A stretch of DNA of 64,000 bases from Callorhinchus milii (Eukaryota): NCBI RefSeq assembly GCF_018977255.1, contig NW_024704743.1, positions 66,590,001 to 66,654,000 of the forward strand, given 5' to 3'. Positions 1 through 12,100 of this stretch are shown here, piece by piece (position 1 is the stretch's first letter; every line of letters starts with the position of its first letter). The translations under genes were made by a program, and so were the position numbers. A model generated the notes under the pieces. That model did no database searches. It was not told where the DNA came from and saw nothing but the letters and a program-made list of their open reading frames with translations.

Positions 1-105
1 GTTTCGGGTCTGCGTTCTGACGAAGGGTCGTGGACCCGAAACGTTGACTCACTTTCCTTTCTCCATAGATGCTGCCTGACCTGCTGAGTGTTCCCAGCTC
101 TCTCT
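1..105 (+). mobile_element. Penelope-like element terminal repeat fragment (the window starts inside an inverted arrangement)
   Basis: Matches the 3' terminal region of the Penelope element at 55550-55650; bases 1-10 (gtttcgggtc) are the reverse complement of 33-42. Confidence 0.75.
14..48 (+). ncRNA. Minimal type I hammerhead ribozyme motif
   Basis: gtt-CTGACGA-a-gggtc(gtg)gaccc-GAAA-cg-TT-gac: intact CUGANGA and GAAA core, perfect 5-bp stem II, palindromic ACGT stem III, short stem I. Confidence 0.65.
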
Positions 106-145
106 CCATTTTTGGAACAATTGTGTGTTTTGTGGGTTGAAAGCT

Positions 146-228
146 CGGGTCTGAAACATTGACTGTCCAGTGCCTTGGGACGTCCTCCCGACCTGAAAGG
201 CGCTATACAAATTTTGTTGTTGTTGTTG
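146..228 (+). mobile_element. L2 LINE 3' tail
   Basis: gccttgggacgtcctcccgacctgaaaggcgct stem-loop followed by (TTG)n, as at 34248-34318. Confidence 0.7.
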
Positions 229-535
229 AATGTGGCAGCTAATTTTCACACAGCATTTTCCTGCAAATAGGAATGGAGTGAATGACCAATTGTATTTGGG
301 GGATTTGGGGCCAGGACACTGAAAAAAGCTCCCTTGAATAATCCCTTTTTAAATAATGCCATGGGATCTTTGACACCCACTTGATCAGGCAGAGGGCGGT
401 TAACGTCTCAACCAACATTGCAGCATACATCTAGTACTGTACTGAAGTGTCAATTTAGACTATATGAGTTCAAATTCTGATGTGAAGCTTGAACCCACAA
501 TCTTCTGACTTAGAGGTGAGAGAGCCAGGCTGACA
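229..535 (-). mobile_element. Deu-domain SINE (SacSINE1/AmnSINE-like), degenerate
   Basis: Reverse complement contains gagacgttaac...aaagatcccatggcatta...gtgtcctggcc, typical of the Deu domain. Confidence 0.6.
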
Positions 536-934
536 CACAAATGTTAACCAAAGGTTCATGCAAAAAGGATACTGAACAAAGCCACATTCAAATAGAGTTT
601 TAAAGGCAGGGTGAGAAGGCATATAGTGAAGAAGGGATTTGGGAAATGATAATTGACCCATTACAATTTTGTAGATTCATCCCTACTTGCCTGAAACAGT
701 TTAGTTCTGTGTCTATCCTGCTGGAGGTTAATAGCAGTTGTGAATTATTATTTTGTAATTATTCTTTGCTTCATTGCAATTTTTTAAAACATTGTATTCG
801 TCCAATTATTTTTCTCCCCATTGGCATACGTCTCCAACCCCCTCCGCTTGAATTACGGTTCCATGTTTGCTTGTGGCACTACACTAGCCCACCCAAGTCG
901 AAACTTTCATGTCTGAGCCTTGGTAATGACAAGT

Positions 935-1363
935 TCATCACACCGGTTCTAGCCAGGCTCCACTGGCTCTCTATCGCTGAAAGGATCGATTTCAAGATGC
1001 TCACATTCGTCTTCAAATCCCTTCATGCCCTGGCACCTCCCTACCTCTCTGACCTGCTTACCCTCCAACCCACAATCCATTGCCTTCGCTCGACTGGCTC
1101 CAGCCTTCTGGCTGTCCCTCATGCTCTCCAACCCACCATTGGTGGCCATGCTTTCAGCCACTACGCCCCTAAACTCTGGTACACTCTTCCCGTATTCTTC
1201 TGTCTTTCCCTATCTTCAGGTCACACCTGAAGACCTTTCTATTCGAATGTGCCTACGGTCACGTCCCTCTCCCTCGACTCAGAGTCTTGCTCCATCACTT
1301 TCAAGCATTCTGGAATGCTACCCTGTGTGAGGGGCACTATATAAATGCATGTTGTTGTTGTTG
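935..1363 (+). mobile_element. L2 LINE 3' fragment
   Basis: Translates [41 protein letters not shown] (L2 ORF2 C-terminus) and ends in (TTG)n. Confidence 0.85.
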
Positions 1364-2059
1364 ACAGTCAATAGGCCATTTGAAAGGAGGGAGTGTTCCA
1401 GCCAATCCTTTATGCTCAGTACATTGCTTTCCTCATTTGATCCTTTTTATATATTTTCTTTTCAGTTTGAATTACAGAAATCTTCTATTGCCTCCTAAAT
1501 AACCACAGGCCACAACTTATTTCTTCTAAAGCATTCACCCTCCATCTCCAAAGCTTGCCAGCTTACATGAATTCCAATTACCACATTTATATTTTGTGTC
1601 AACTGCTTAGCTCTCCAACTGGTTAAGTGCAGCCCATCCATCCTTTAAATGGCACTGTTACCTGAAAATGTTCCTCTGTTATTTTCAGATTCAATTACTT
1701 CCAGCAAAGTATTTATCTAACCATTCATTGAAGCCCCATTACTTTCATCATGATCTCCATGCCTTGGATGATACAGAAGCAGCTCAGGCACTCTCCACTT
1801 TTGCCATCTCTGCCTTAGATTGTTTCACCGATCCAATATAATCTTTTAGTTCTTCGGGCCACTAATCGTGACATTGTTTGTCCCCACAAGGAATAACAAA
1901 ACTAGATTAATTCCATTCTCCCTCATCATGTTCTTATACAAACCTGCTTCTACATATCTTTCCCCCTGAAAGCAGCTTGAATATTAACTGATGTTAATAC
2001 ATCAACAAAACCCATTGGTCTTGCATCTCACTGTCTGTTAGATCTTCTGTTATATCTAT

Positions 2060-2185
2060 GATAATAATAATAATAATAATCCTTGCATTTGATATAGCAC
2101 CTCATCACATCTTAGAGACAACTCAAAGAGCTTCACAGAGTATACTGTAAAATGAATTGACTGCATATTTTGTAGGTGAAACGCA
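2060..2185 (-). mobile_element. SINE 3' tail fragment
   Basis: (TAA)n-ccttgcatttgatatagc, the reverse complement of the SINE tail. Confidence 0.75.
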
Positions 2186-2257
2186 TCCAGTTCCTTTCTT
2201 GATGATTGGTTCATTGAAACAGAGGAAATAAAAAAAAATGATGTTGTAGCACATTAC

Positions 2258-2575
2258 GAGTCCTGTAGATCAGTGGTTAGAGCACTTGCCTCGCAAGCGA
2301 GAGACCTGGGTTCGATTCCCAGCAGGGCGAAACGTTGGGCAAATTTCCTTACTCCACACGCCTCTGTTTATAATCCCTCAAGGAAAAAAACAATAATAAT
2401 TTGGTCACTCAATCCACGACTGTTTGTGGGACACTGCTGTGCGCAATTGGCTGCCGTGTTTTGCCCACAAAAATATTCAGTCAATTCACTTTACACTATA
2501 TTCTGTGAAGTGCTTTGAGACATTGAGAAGACCTGAAAAGTGTTATATCAAATGCAAGGATTATTTATTATTATT
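2258..2575 (+). mobile_element. tRNA-derived SINE, full length
   Basis: Head with A box, B box (ggttcgattcc) and tRNA-like stem, shared body, and tail aaatgcaagga(tta)n. Confidence 0.9.
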
Positions 2576-5500
2576 TTACCTTCTTTCTGTATTTCTCACT
2601 TTCCCTTTCTGTTTGCCTATTCTCTTCATTCTATTTCTTCTCAGTTTCTCTTCTCTAAATCTATTCCTCTCAGCCGTGAAATCGACAAGGAATTAGATGT
2701 CTCCATGACGAACATTTCCATTTGAACAGATGGCATTATTTGGTCAGTGCCAACTATTCTATCTCACTGGTATGCCAAAGTTGCCAGATAAGTTCCAGGT
2801 TTTCGAATTAATTCACGTAAACAGTTATTCTGAAGGAAAGCTAGTTCTTATCTGGTCACATGGTAACTTGCATTTCTATAAATTTTCCAGGTACAGGATA
2901 ATGAATTTCTCGAACTGGTTAATAAATATAATGTAGAGCTTCAAGAAAGAAGAGTTAAGGATGATGAATAATAATATGATCAATGTATTTGACAATGCTA
3001 GCTGGGCACCCGAGCTAGGGCTGGGAGCCCAGTTAAGTGGGGATGAGTGGGGAAAGATGACCAAAAGCACAGTTAAAGAGGTACATTATGAGACATATCT
3101 TTACCAAGATATGGAGGAAAGAGTTAGATGTTCATTGAGATGGAGTTTCAGTGAGTGAGATAGAATATCTGAAAGCCTGCCTGCCGATGGTGGGACAGAT
3201 AGGACATAGGACACAAAGTAGGCCAGTGTTCATTAAGCAAAGGGAGCAGTCAGGTCGGTTTGGTTGAAAGAGTTTCAATTATTTTAGCAGACCCTTTTTA
3301 AGAATTGATTAATACGAGAGTTTGATTTAATCTTATTTTCATCTTCTTTTTCATTTCAGGATTTGGCTTGTAAAATTGGAGAATCTGATACTTCTCCTGA
3401 TAAGTCCTTGTTTACTAATTGGGTTTAGTTGGGCTATCTTATTACGTGATGCCATGATATATTCTATATTTGTTCACTGTCCTGTACTGCGGGATTACAT
3501 CCAGTAAGTACCCATGATGGGTCGGGACTTGGGTTCCCGAGATTATCTCACATGTGGTACTATATATGTTGCTTCAAAGCCGATAAGCATGCAAGCAGTG
3601 AACGGTCCCTTTCACTTTCCACATGCTCAGGTGATGATCCTTCCTCTTTCAGCCCCCCAACCCGCCCCCGAAACGGGCTGCCATGCACTCGGATGTGACG
3701 CACCCGAGAGGCACCGCACTGAGAGCATTAGGGTGACAATGTGTGGTGTTCAGTTTGAGGCAGGCGCAGGAAGCGATGTTTTGATCTCGATCTGTAAGTT
3801 CGGTAGCAGAAAGGGTGGTAGTGCTGTTATGAGTTGCGCGATTGTTAATAGGATGAGCACAGATAAATTTAGGTGGATTTAATAGGAAATTCAACAGTTC
3901 TTGGACAGATGTACAACTTAGACGATTATACAGTTTATATAGATCAAACTTATGCGAGCTTTACTGTGCTTCCCATTATTTTTTCTTTGATTAAACAAAT
4001 GCGTGAATGTGAAGAATTTCAAACAATAACTGTATTTGTTAAATATGTTCAGTTATTAGAAAATTATTATGGAAATACACACAGGCAGAGAGGAAGTTTG
4101 GTTAAAAAACCCTTTCAGACCACACTAATATACAGCCTTTTATTTTCTCAGGCTGCTGCGTCAATGCTTTGAGTATATTTGTCAGAATGCCTTGGTCCTC
4201 ACAGCCTGAGGGCCCTTCCCTCTGAATCGTCCCTCATTGCTGCTCATTGCACTGTCAAACCTCATAAGCTCATTACCATGCTTCAACATTGTACCTGACC
4301 CTGTGTGACTTCATATCACTGTACAAGTGGAAATTAAGAATGAGCCTACCCTGAATAATTTGTTTTGCATTTTAAATTTCTCATTTTTCAAAATCCATAT
4401 TAATGAAGACAAGCAACCCTTTCAAATGAATTCCGTGAAACAGTCCCTGAATTTATATTGTTCATGTTTATTTTTTTATTCAATCACAACTGCTCCATAT
4501 GTTCTATATTCATCACCTACTAAAATGTCATTGCAATAATCATACCAAAGATATCGCTATGGAAGTGTGGAGCATGTAATGATTTTGCTAATATGAGGAA
4601 TTAGGCTCATGACGTCTGGTTTAAATAAATTAGCTTAGATCAGAAGGCTTAGTAAAATGCATTATATTTCCAGCTTCATCAAGGTTATGATTATTTTGCC
4701 ATTTTATTTCTGCTGGAACTAATAAAGTATTACTTTCAATTATTTGTCAATAATGTGTTCAGGTAACAATAATAATATTAATAACAATTCTTGCGTTTGA
4801 TACAGCACTTTCCAAGTTAGGAGTGTTACATTCTCAACAATCGATGTGTAGAAAACTCTTATTTCAGTTCACAAGTTACCAATCAAACAATCCAACCAAA
4901 AACCCTCTACTCAGTTCTCCCTGCTTCCTGTTCTTCTACCTCCTGATCGCCTTCCATTGGTCCCAGTCAATTGATCCTTATTGTCTTAATGGGTATCCAA
5001 CAAGGTGGATACCTCAAGTTATATAGTGAAGTGTAGTGACTGTGTACTTTGCAGGCAAACACGGCAACCAATTTTGCACTACAATTTTTTTTCTCTTATT
5101 GCTTTAGACAATTGTCCAGAAAAATCATTGTGCTGTTTGGGGATTCTATTTGCTTCACTGGCTATTGTGGAATCTGTTCCATAATTACATAATTTGTTAG
5201 ACTTTTCAAAATAATTGCTTGAAGCAATGGCAGTGCATTGCACATTAGTTTTGAAAAACTAGACATTGCTATATGCAATTGGGCTGCTTTGTTCGCCGAT
5301 GAATACACAGTCACTCCATTTCACAGCAAATCATTTGAAGTGCTTTGGGATGTCCTTCTGACCTGAAAGAAAATACAAAGATTGTTATTATTCATATTTT
5401 TAAAATTGAGGTTATGCTACCAATGCTATTTTATTGATATATTTAATGATAGGTATTAAAGAAAAAAATTTATTTATTTTGAAATGAAATATTAATTTTG

Positions 5501-5644
5501 GTCATTCTGCCTTACGTGTTGGTATGTTAGTCTGAAATTCAGTAAAATTGCCATTTGCAAATACTTTTTCCCACTTGGTTAGCATTCTGCAGTAGCTAGC
5601 TGCTCTCCTATTCCTGAAGGACTCCAAGAACAATTTAATAATAT

Positions 5645-6725
5645 CAACAACTTACATTGATACAGTCTCCTCCATGCCAGGGGGCATCCCAGAGCGCTTA
5701 ACAATGGCGGGGTGCGATGCCAAGTCAGGTGGAGGAGGAAGGTGACCATAGGCACGGTCAAAGAGAAGATCTTAAGGCGCAACCTGAAAATGGGGAAATA
5801 GGGGGCAAGTTGAAGGGATTGAGGGAGGGAGTTCTATAGCTTCAGAGGATAGTGGCTGGGGGCCAGAGGCAGAGGAGTTTTGGAAGAGTTGAATTTTGTG
5901 AATAGTGGAGGAGGGGAGACCAGTGTTTGAGTGGTCCAGCCGAGAGGTGACAAAGGTGTTGGCAAGGATTTCGGCAGCTTGTGGAGTGAGGTATTGTCGC
6001 AGACGGGCAATGTGGTGGAGGTGGAGGAAAGTGGTCCTGGCCAGGGACCAGATGTGGGGGAGGAAGGATCAAACCTGACACCTGAGTTGCGCACGGGTTC
6101 ACAGAGTTTTAAGGACAGATTGGTTAGGTTGAGGAGGTCTGAACCTCAGGACAGAAGACTTCAACGGGAGCCATAGAGTATGGCTTCCATCTTGTTGACG
6201 TTTAACTGCAAGAAGTTTGCTCTCATCCAGGCCTTGAAGTCTGTCAGACAAGTTGACAGAATATCAGAGGACTGGGGGGGTTGCAGCTGGAGCAGAAGAA
6301 GTAGAGTTGAGTATCATCCGCATACATGTGGAGGTTAATTCCGTGTCTGTGGATGACATCACCGAGCGGGAGCATATAGATGAGGAAGAGAAGGGGCCAA
6401 GGATGACCGGGTGGGGGTGAGAAGAAAAAACATTTGCGGAAATGTAGTGCTGGCGGTTGTAAGGTAGGACTCGAACCAAGCGAGTGCGATCGCACTGAAG
6501 TGGTTGATGGAGAAGAGGTGTGATTGACTGTGTTGAACATGGCAGAGATGACCAGGAGGACAAGGAGGAAGAGATAGTCCCTCAGGGGGTGTCGCAGAGA
6601 TGGTCACAAGTGGAAAGAACATTGTTTTTGACTTTCACGAGTGCTGTCTCTGTACTGTGGGCAGGGCGCAAACCAGACTGGAGGGGTTCAAGTAGGGAAT
6701 GGAGAGGTGTGCACAAAGTTGGTTG
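5645..6725 (-). mobile_element. L2 LINE fragment with degenerate reverse transcriptase
   Basis: Minus frames give [32 protein letters not shown] and RNSGVRFDP; L2 3' tail near 5650-5700. Confidence 0.85.
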
Positions 6726-6999
6726 AGATTTAAGCGTAAAACAAGCCTGAAGAGACCAAACACCAGTAACTCTGTAAACATGGCAAGAAGAATAGCAAAA
6801 GAAATGCTTTTGAGCTAATTTTATTGTATAGCTTTGCTTCCCTTAATATCTAAATTCAAAGATTTTACACCTTTGCTTTGTTTAATTAATTTAGAAAAGA
6901 AAAGGGATCAATAGCAAAGATCTAGAACATCACCTCATCGAAGCCTGTCAGACCATCTTATCTTAAAATTTAAAATTTATGGAAAATTCCTAAAATCGA

Positions 7000-7430
7000 C
7001 CTGTGCCAGCTTGTCTCAAAAAGGTTCACTCTTGCCTCTCAGGTAGAAGTTTGTGGGTTCATGTGCCCTGAAGCGCTCCAGGACGCTACCTCGCGTGAAG
7101 GGCACTATGTAAATGCAAGTTATTGTCAGCTGGAGGTGTACTGCATTATTGGAGATGCCCTTCTTCAGATGAGACATTAAACAGTCTGTTCATGTGGACA
7201 TTAGCACAATCTCTTGACAGTATTCAAAAAGAGAAGGGAGTTTCTGCCAGTGTCCTGGCCAACAATCCCCCAGATATATAAAAAAATGCTCATACACATT
7301 TTGTGTAAATTGGCTGCTATGTCCGCCTATAAGTACAGGCACTACACTTTACTGCAACTTCTGTACAATGCTTTAAGACCTCTTGACGACATGATGAGGC
7401 ACTGTATCAAATGCAATGATTATTATTATA
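7000..7430 (+). mobile_element. Deu-domain SINE interrupted by an L2 tail (about 7070-7125)
   Basis: gatgagacattaaac...gtgtcctggccaaca...aattggctgc and a (tta) tail. Confidence 0.6.
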
Positions 7431-7859
7431 ATGATCACACAGACAGACAATGTGACTGAAATAATCATGGCATGACCCAGACAGAAATCCATCACCATGC
7501 TTAAGAGAATCAAAATCAAATTACTGAAAATTTCACATGTATGGAAATCTGACCTAAAACAAAGCTGTACTTAACCTATTGATTCATTCCCTTTACTTGG
7601 CAAAGAATGTTCTGCTTTATGTCCCCCACCCTATCCACCCTACCATCGAGTGGACTTTTAGCCATTTTGCCCTGCTTTCTGGAACTCCATCCTGGAGTCC
7701 TTCCAACTCATTCCTTCCGTCCCCTCCTCAGCACCTTTTGGCACCCATCCCTAGCACAGGTGTCCAGCAAACAGTTTCAAGCTCTTTGAGATGTCATCCT
7801 GACATGAAAGGTGTTATATAAATGCAAACCTTGTTGTATTGTACAAAAACAGTCATTAT

Positions 7860-8440
7860 TTTGGTCAGCAGAGTGTCTGACACATGTGGAAACCTATCAC
7901 CTTGCTTAAGAGTATCCAGACCAGTTTGCAAATTCCAAATATGTAAGTTACGAACATATATGAACATTTCTTGTTTATCAAATGGAACGTACTCACTCTG
8001 CCTGTAGGTATGCACCCTGCTTACCTAATTCCAGACAATATTAAGCACTGAATGGAAAGAACCAAGACTTGGGGACCCCATAGTGTGTGTTGTGCTAGTG
8101 CTGGAGTATAACCAGCTAAAACCACATAGCTTGCCATTGAAACCACTGTTTGGAAAGCTTTGTACTGCTTGCCCAGCTAGGCCCAACCTACCTGGTAGGG
8201 CTTTGGCTTGCAGGCTTAACAGGAGATGAGTGGGAAGAATCCCTGCTCCCAGTGACTGATCCTGCCCATGACCCAGGCTGGCTTGTCTATCATCAGAACA
8301 GCTGTAGAGTACTGAGCACCTGCCTGTTTCAGGAATTGGACTAGTGAAATTGCCACAGAGGATTGATTTGATTCCATTGCCAAGCATGTCATTTTGGAGC
8401 TAGCTCAGTTCCAAGCGGACCCCACTTACCGCTCCCCCAA
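7860..8440 (+). repeat. Unclassified interspersed repeat, copy A
   Basis: Collinear similarity to the reverse complement of 12495-13120 (tctgacac...aagagtatcca...cttggggacccca...gacccYRcttacc). Confidence 0.65.
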
Positions 8441-11400
8441 AGAGAATATTCAGTACAGTATATGACTAAGCAGATAGCTCTAATAATACTCAAAGAATTT
8501 GCCTTCTCATTCAAATTCATTTGTATCGTACCCTTAATACTACTGACAAATCTAATACCCTTTTTCCACTGACAGACATGATGTTTAATTCTACTTTTTG
8601 TTTAATGAGTTCATCTTGAATTGACTAGCTGTAGTGCACTGAATTAAAGCTTTAATGGGATAAATATCATTTACTTTAACAAACTACCCACTTAGTAAGT
8701 GAGTGCCAAGTAGCTGTTCAGAGAAACATTTGCTAGGTAAATATCAAGTGCTTCCTGCATCCTTCATTCTGATCATTTTCGGGAGCTCAGATATCTTACT
8801 GTAAAATATATGAGGCTATTAAACATATAACTGCACCAAACCAAATGAAAGGGTGATGATAACTATTTACTTCTCATAGCGCTCTCCTCACCAGCACAAC
8901 AACTTACATTTTAGAGTGTCCTTCGTGAAGGATGATGTCTTATCACACATCGCGGTAATAAGGTCCAATTCCACACAAGAGAGAAGGGAGTGGGAGGGAG
9001 AAAGGAGGACGTGACCATAGGTTCGGTCACCACTCTCCTTAGCTCTTCAAGAAAGAGAGAGTAGGAAATGGAACTAATTTGGATATAGAGCCAGCATGCT
9101 CTGAGTGGCTTTGTTCAGTGTTGTAAATTTCTATAACTCTAGTTTATAACTGTAACTCTAACTCAAACTTCTATAACTCTAACTCTAATTATAACTCTGT
9201 AATTTCTATTGTATGCAGAGTTCTCCATACATGACTGCAAACTGAGACAACCTTTTATAATTGAGTTAAGCCAATATTCCCCTAAACCAACAATGAAAAG
9301 CTGGGATGTGCACCATGGCTAGATCAAGGGTTTGATTATCACATCATCCATCCCATTTTGCACCCCCAGAAAATGTAACATTTTGTAGTTTTAGGACTTG
9401 GAGGGAATGGGAGAAATGAATGATCAAAGAACACATGTAGATGGTTTAACTTTTACAGCAAATTTTGTTTTCAATATTTATGTTGATTCAAAGTTAAACG
9501 AATAAAGCTATTTCTGGTATCTCAGTACAACAATTTTCTGCATCATAGCTGGCAAGCTGAAAAATCACCGAACCAAGAAGACAAAAGCTTCTCATAAACT
9601 CACAAAAAGGATTTTACTGTTTAGTCTTAAGGTGAATTTTAGAAGTGTGGAGGGAGAGAGAACAAGTTGGTGAGACTACGATAGAATTCCAGAGAGCAGA
9701 TGCAGAATGGTTTAATGGACAGGGGACATGAAGCAGGTCAGTGTTCACTGAGCAGACGGCTTGACAGGGTTCCAGATCGCAGTGGGCACAGTGTGGTGAG
9801 GCTGTGGAGGAAACTGAATGTTAGGATGAAGATCTTGAATTCAATCCCTTGGGGGATGAAGTAGAGCTGAATGAGCATGGGGGTGAGGATGAGGAGAGGA
9901 CACAGGTTGCAGCGAAATGAGATGAAAACAAATGCTGAGATTTAATGAAATGGCAGAACTGAGTCGGTAGGCTGAACCGCTTTCACCTGTTCCTCTGTTC
10001 CTACGATTACAGAATAGGATGCGTGCTTATAGTGATATTCCTTCATTCTGAGTCTACACAATGTTAAGTAACGGGGACCTCCTTTTGTGAGCTATGATGG
10101 TCAGAGTGAAACTCCAATAAGGTCCCACTCCTTTTGGTTGACATCTGTCATTAGCTGGTTTACCATTTTGAGATTGACAAACAATCTGTCCTTGATAATA
10201 GGTGACATGTCTGACTAGGAACCTGGATATAGGGGACCCAAGCTTACTCTTCCTGTTGAACTATCTCTGGTATGACATCTCCTCAGAGTACTGGCACCAA
10301 ATGGACAATTATTTTTCTACTATGTTGTTACAAGTGATAAAGCTTCTTTAGTTGATTTATTGCCCTTTTTGTTAATTGTTATACACGGCTTTTATAACTT
10401 GATTTTTTTTAACAATTCTTCATATCTGGTTAGTATCAAACTGACCTATTTGCAGCCCTAATCTGCTGATAGTCACAAGCCTTTGCAACATGGTATCTCG
10501 ATACACAAAATACAGTCAGAATACTTTACAGCAAATCCTGCAAAGTACTTAGCAAAGTCCTCCTGAGATGAAAGGATATATATCAAATATAATCATTATT
10601 ATTCACCAAAATTATACCTACTATATAGTTTGAATTGAGCTTTTAATAATCACTGATTTGAATGGACTGCTTCCTACATCCAACGAGGTCACTAGCTTTA
10701 CTGACAAGCACAATGTTGCTCCTTAGGGTTTGAATGCTCTTGTATCATTTCAATGAATATGAGGATGAGGTCATCTCAGGGTGACAAGCATTGTAGGCAA
10801 TTTTCATCTTATCCGAACTTACTACTATAAATATATAATATTCTTCCCTTGACCATTATTACATTTTACAGTGTATTCATTTAATTCACTGCTTCAGTCA
10901 CATCAATCTGAATATTTAAAGGACATTTTAAAACTAAATTAAAAATACCAGTAAGACAGCTTAAATATTTTCTAAGTAATATGGAGAAATTCTAAACTAT
11001 ATTTCATTTTTTTCTAAAACAATTGTGGGCAGAAAACACTGGATATATTCTGTATATTATGACAATTTAAAGTTACAATTTAAAAGTATCTAGTTTGTCT
11101 GTTCCCAACCATTAGGTGGTTCGTTTGTTGGCAACAATTTAAGGATTTTTAAAGTATATCTAAATCTAACCTGGAACTCCATCCCAGATTCCCTCTTATT
11201 TCCCCCCACCCCTCACCACACCCTACTCACAGTTTTAGAGCCTGCCTCAAGATTTCCCTCGTTACCTACATTTTTGGTTCCCTTTGCACCAGCTAAGCAA
11301 CACACTTTGAAACATCTTCCCGAGTTGTGAAAGGCACTTTATAAATGTAAATTGTATTGTATCTGATATAGAAATATTAGGATCTAATATATCACAATGG

Positions 11401-11959
11401 GATTCAGTAATAGCCACTCAGAATTGTTAACAGGTCAGAGAATACTGCCACTATCCACTCGTACATCACAGCTACTAGTCGGAACTCAACTCCCAAGCGA
11501 TGGAAACAGATCACGGGGTTTCCATGAGTCAACTGTAAAGTTCTGCTGCGTATCAACAGGAATTCCTATTAGCCACTCAGATTAGTCAATGCTGCTGCAG
11601 CACTGTTTTTAGACCACATTAACTGCATTGGAGGAAATAGATTATTGACCCAAACATTTATTAATGGGTCAACAGCTATGAACATTGAATAACTGTTTCA
11701 AACATTTAGCAACATGTTTCTTGAACCCAATGATCAGTGATGGACTACACTCTTGTACCTCAAGAATCCATTTCACTTGCTTTTCACAGGCTGTATCTAC
11801 CCTGAGCTTTGTAATGTCAGAAGCAACAAACTCTGTTCCATTAATTGCCAGCCACTGGAATCTGGTGCTCATTCAAGTTAATTAGCAATAATACTGAAAC
11901 ACATTTATGTTTATTAAATTGCATTCTCTATTTCAGTCAAAGGATAATATTGTATAATA

Positions 11960-12100
11960 TAAATAAAAACAGAAATTCACAACTACAATCAGCATCTGAA
12001 AGAAAAATATATGACTTGACATTTCTGATTTGACCCTTTGCATTCTAATGAAGGGTTAGCTTCATTAACTAAAATATTAATGTGGCTTTCTCTTTCAGAT
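11960..12100. mobile_element. Old palindromic Penelope-terminus element
   Basis: atctgaaaga...gaccctt-tgcattct-aatgaagggtt...tctttcagat: degenerate inverted arms with a decayed hammerhead-like centre. Confidence 0.45.

Noticed and set aside
646..1230. 194-aa ORF as a host gene
   Set aside because: The 3' half is the L2 ORF2 C-terminus and the 5' half is chance open sequence.
3514..3882. 122-aa ORF as a gene
   Set aside because: No recognisable domain; it lies in a GC-richer patch that more likely represents an old unclassified repeat.
5108..5195. SGNH/GDSL motif exon (KIIVLFGDSI)
   Set aside because: A stop follows shortly, with no donor site or further motif support; probably chance.
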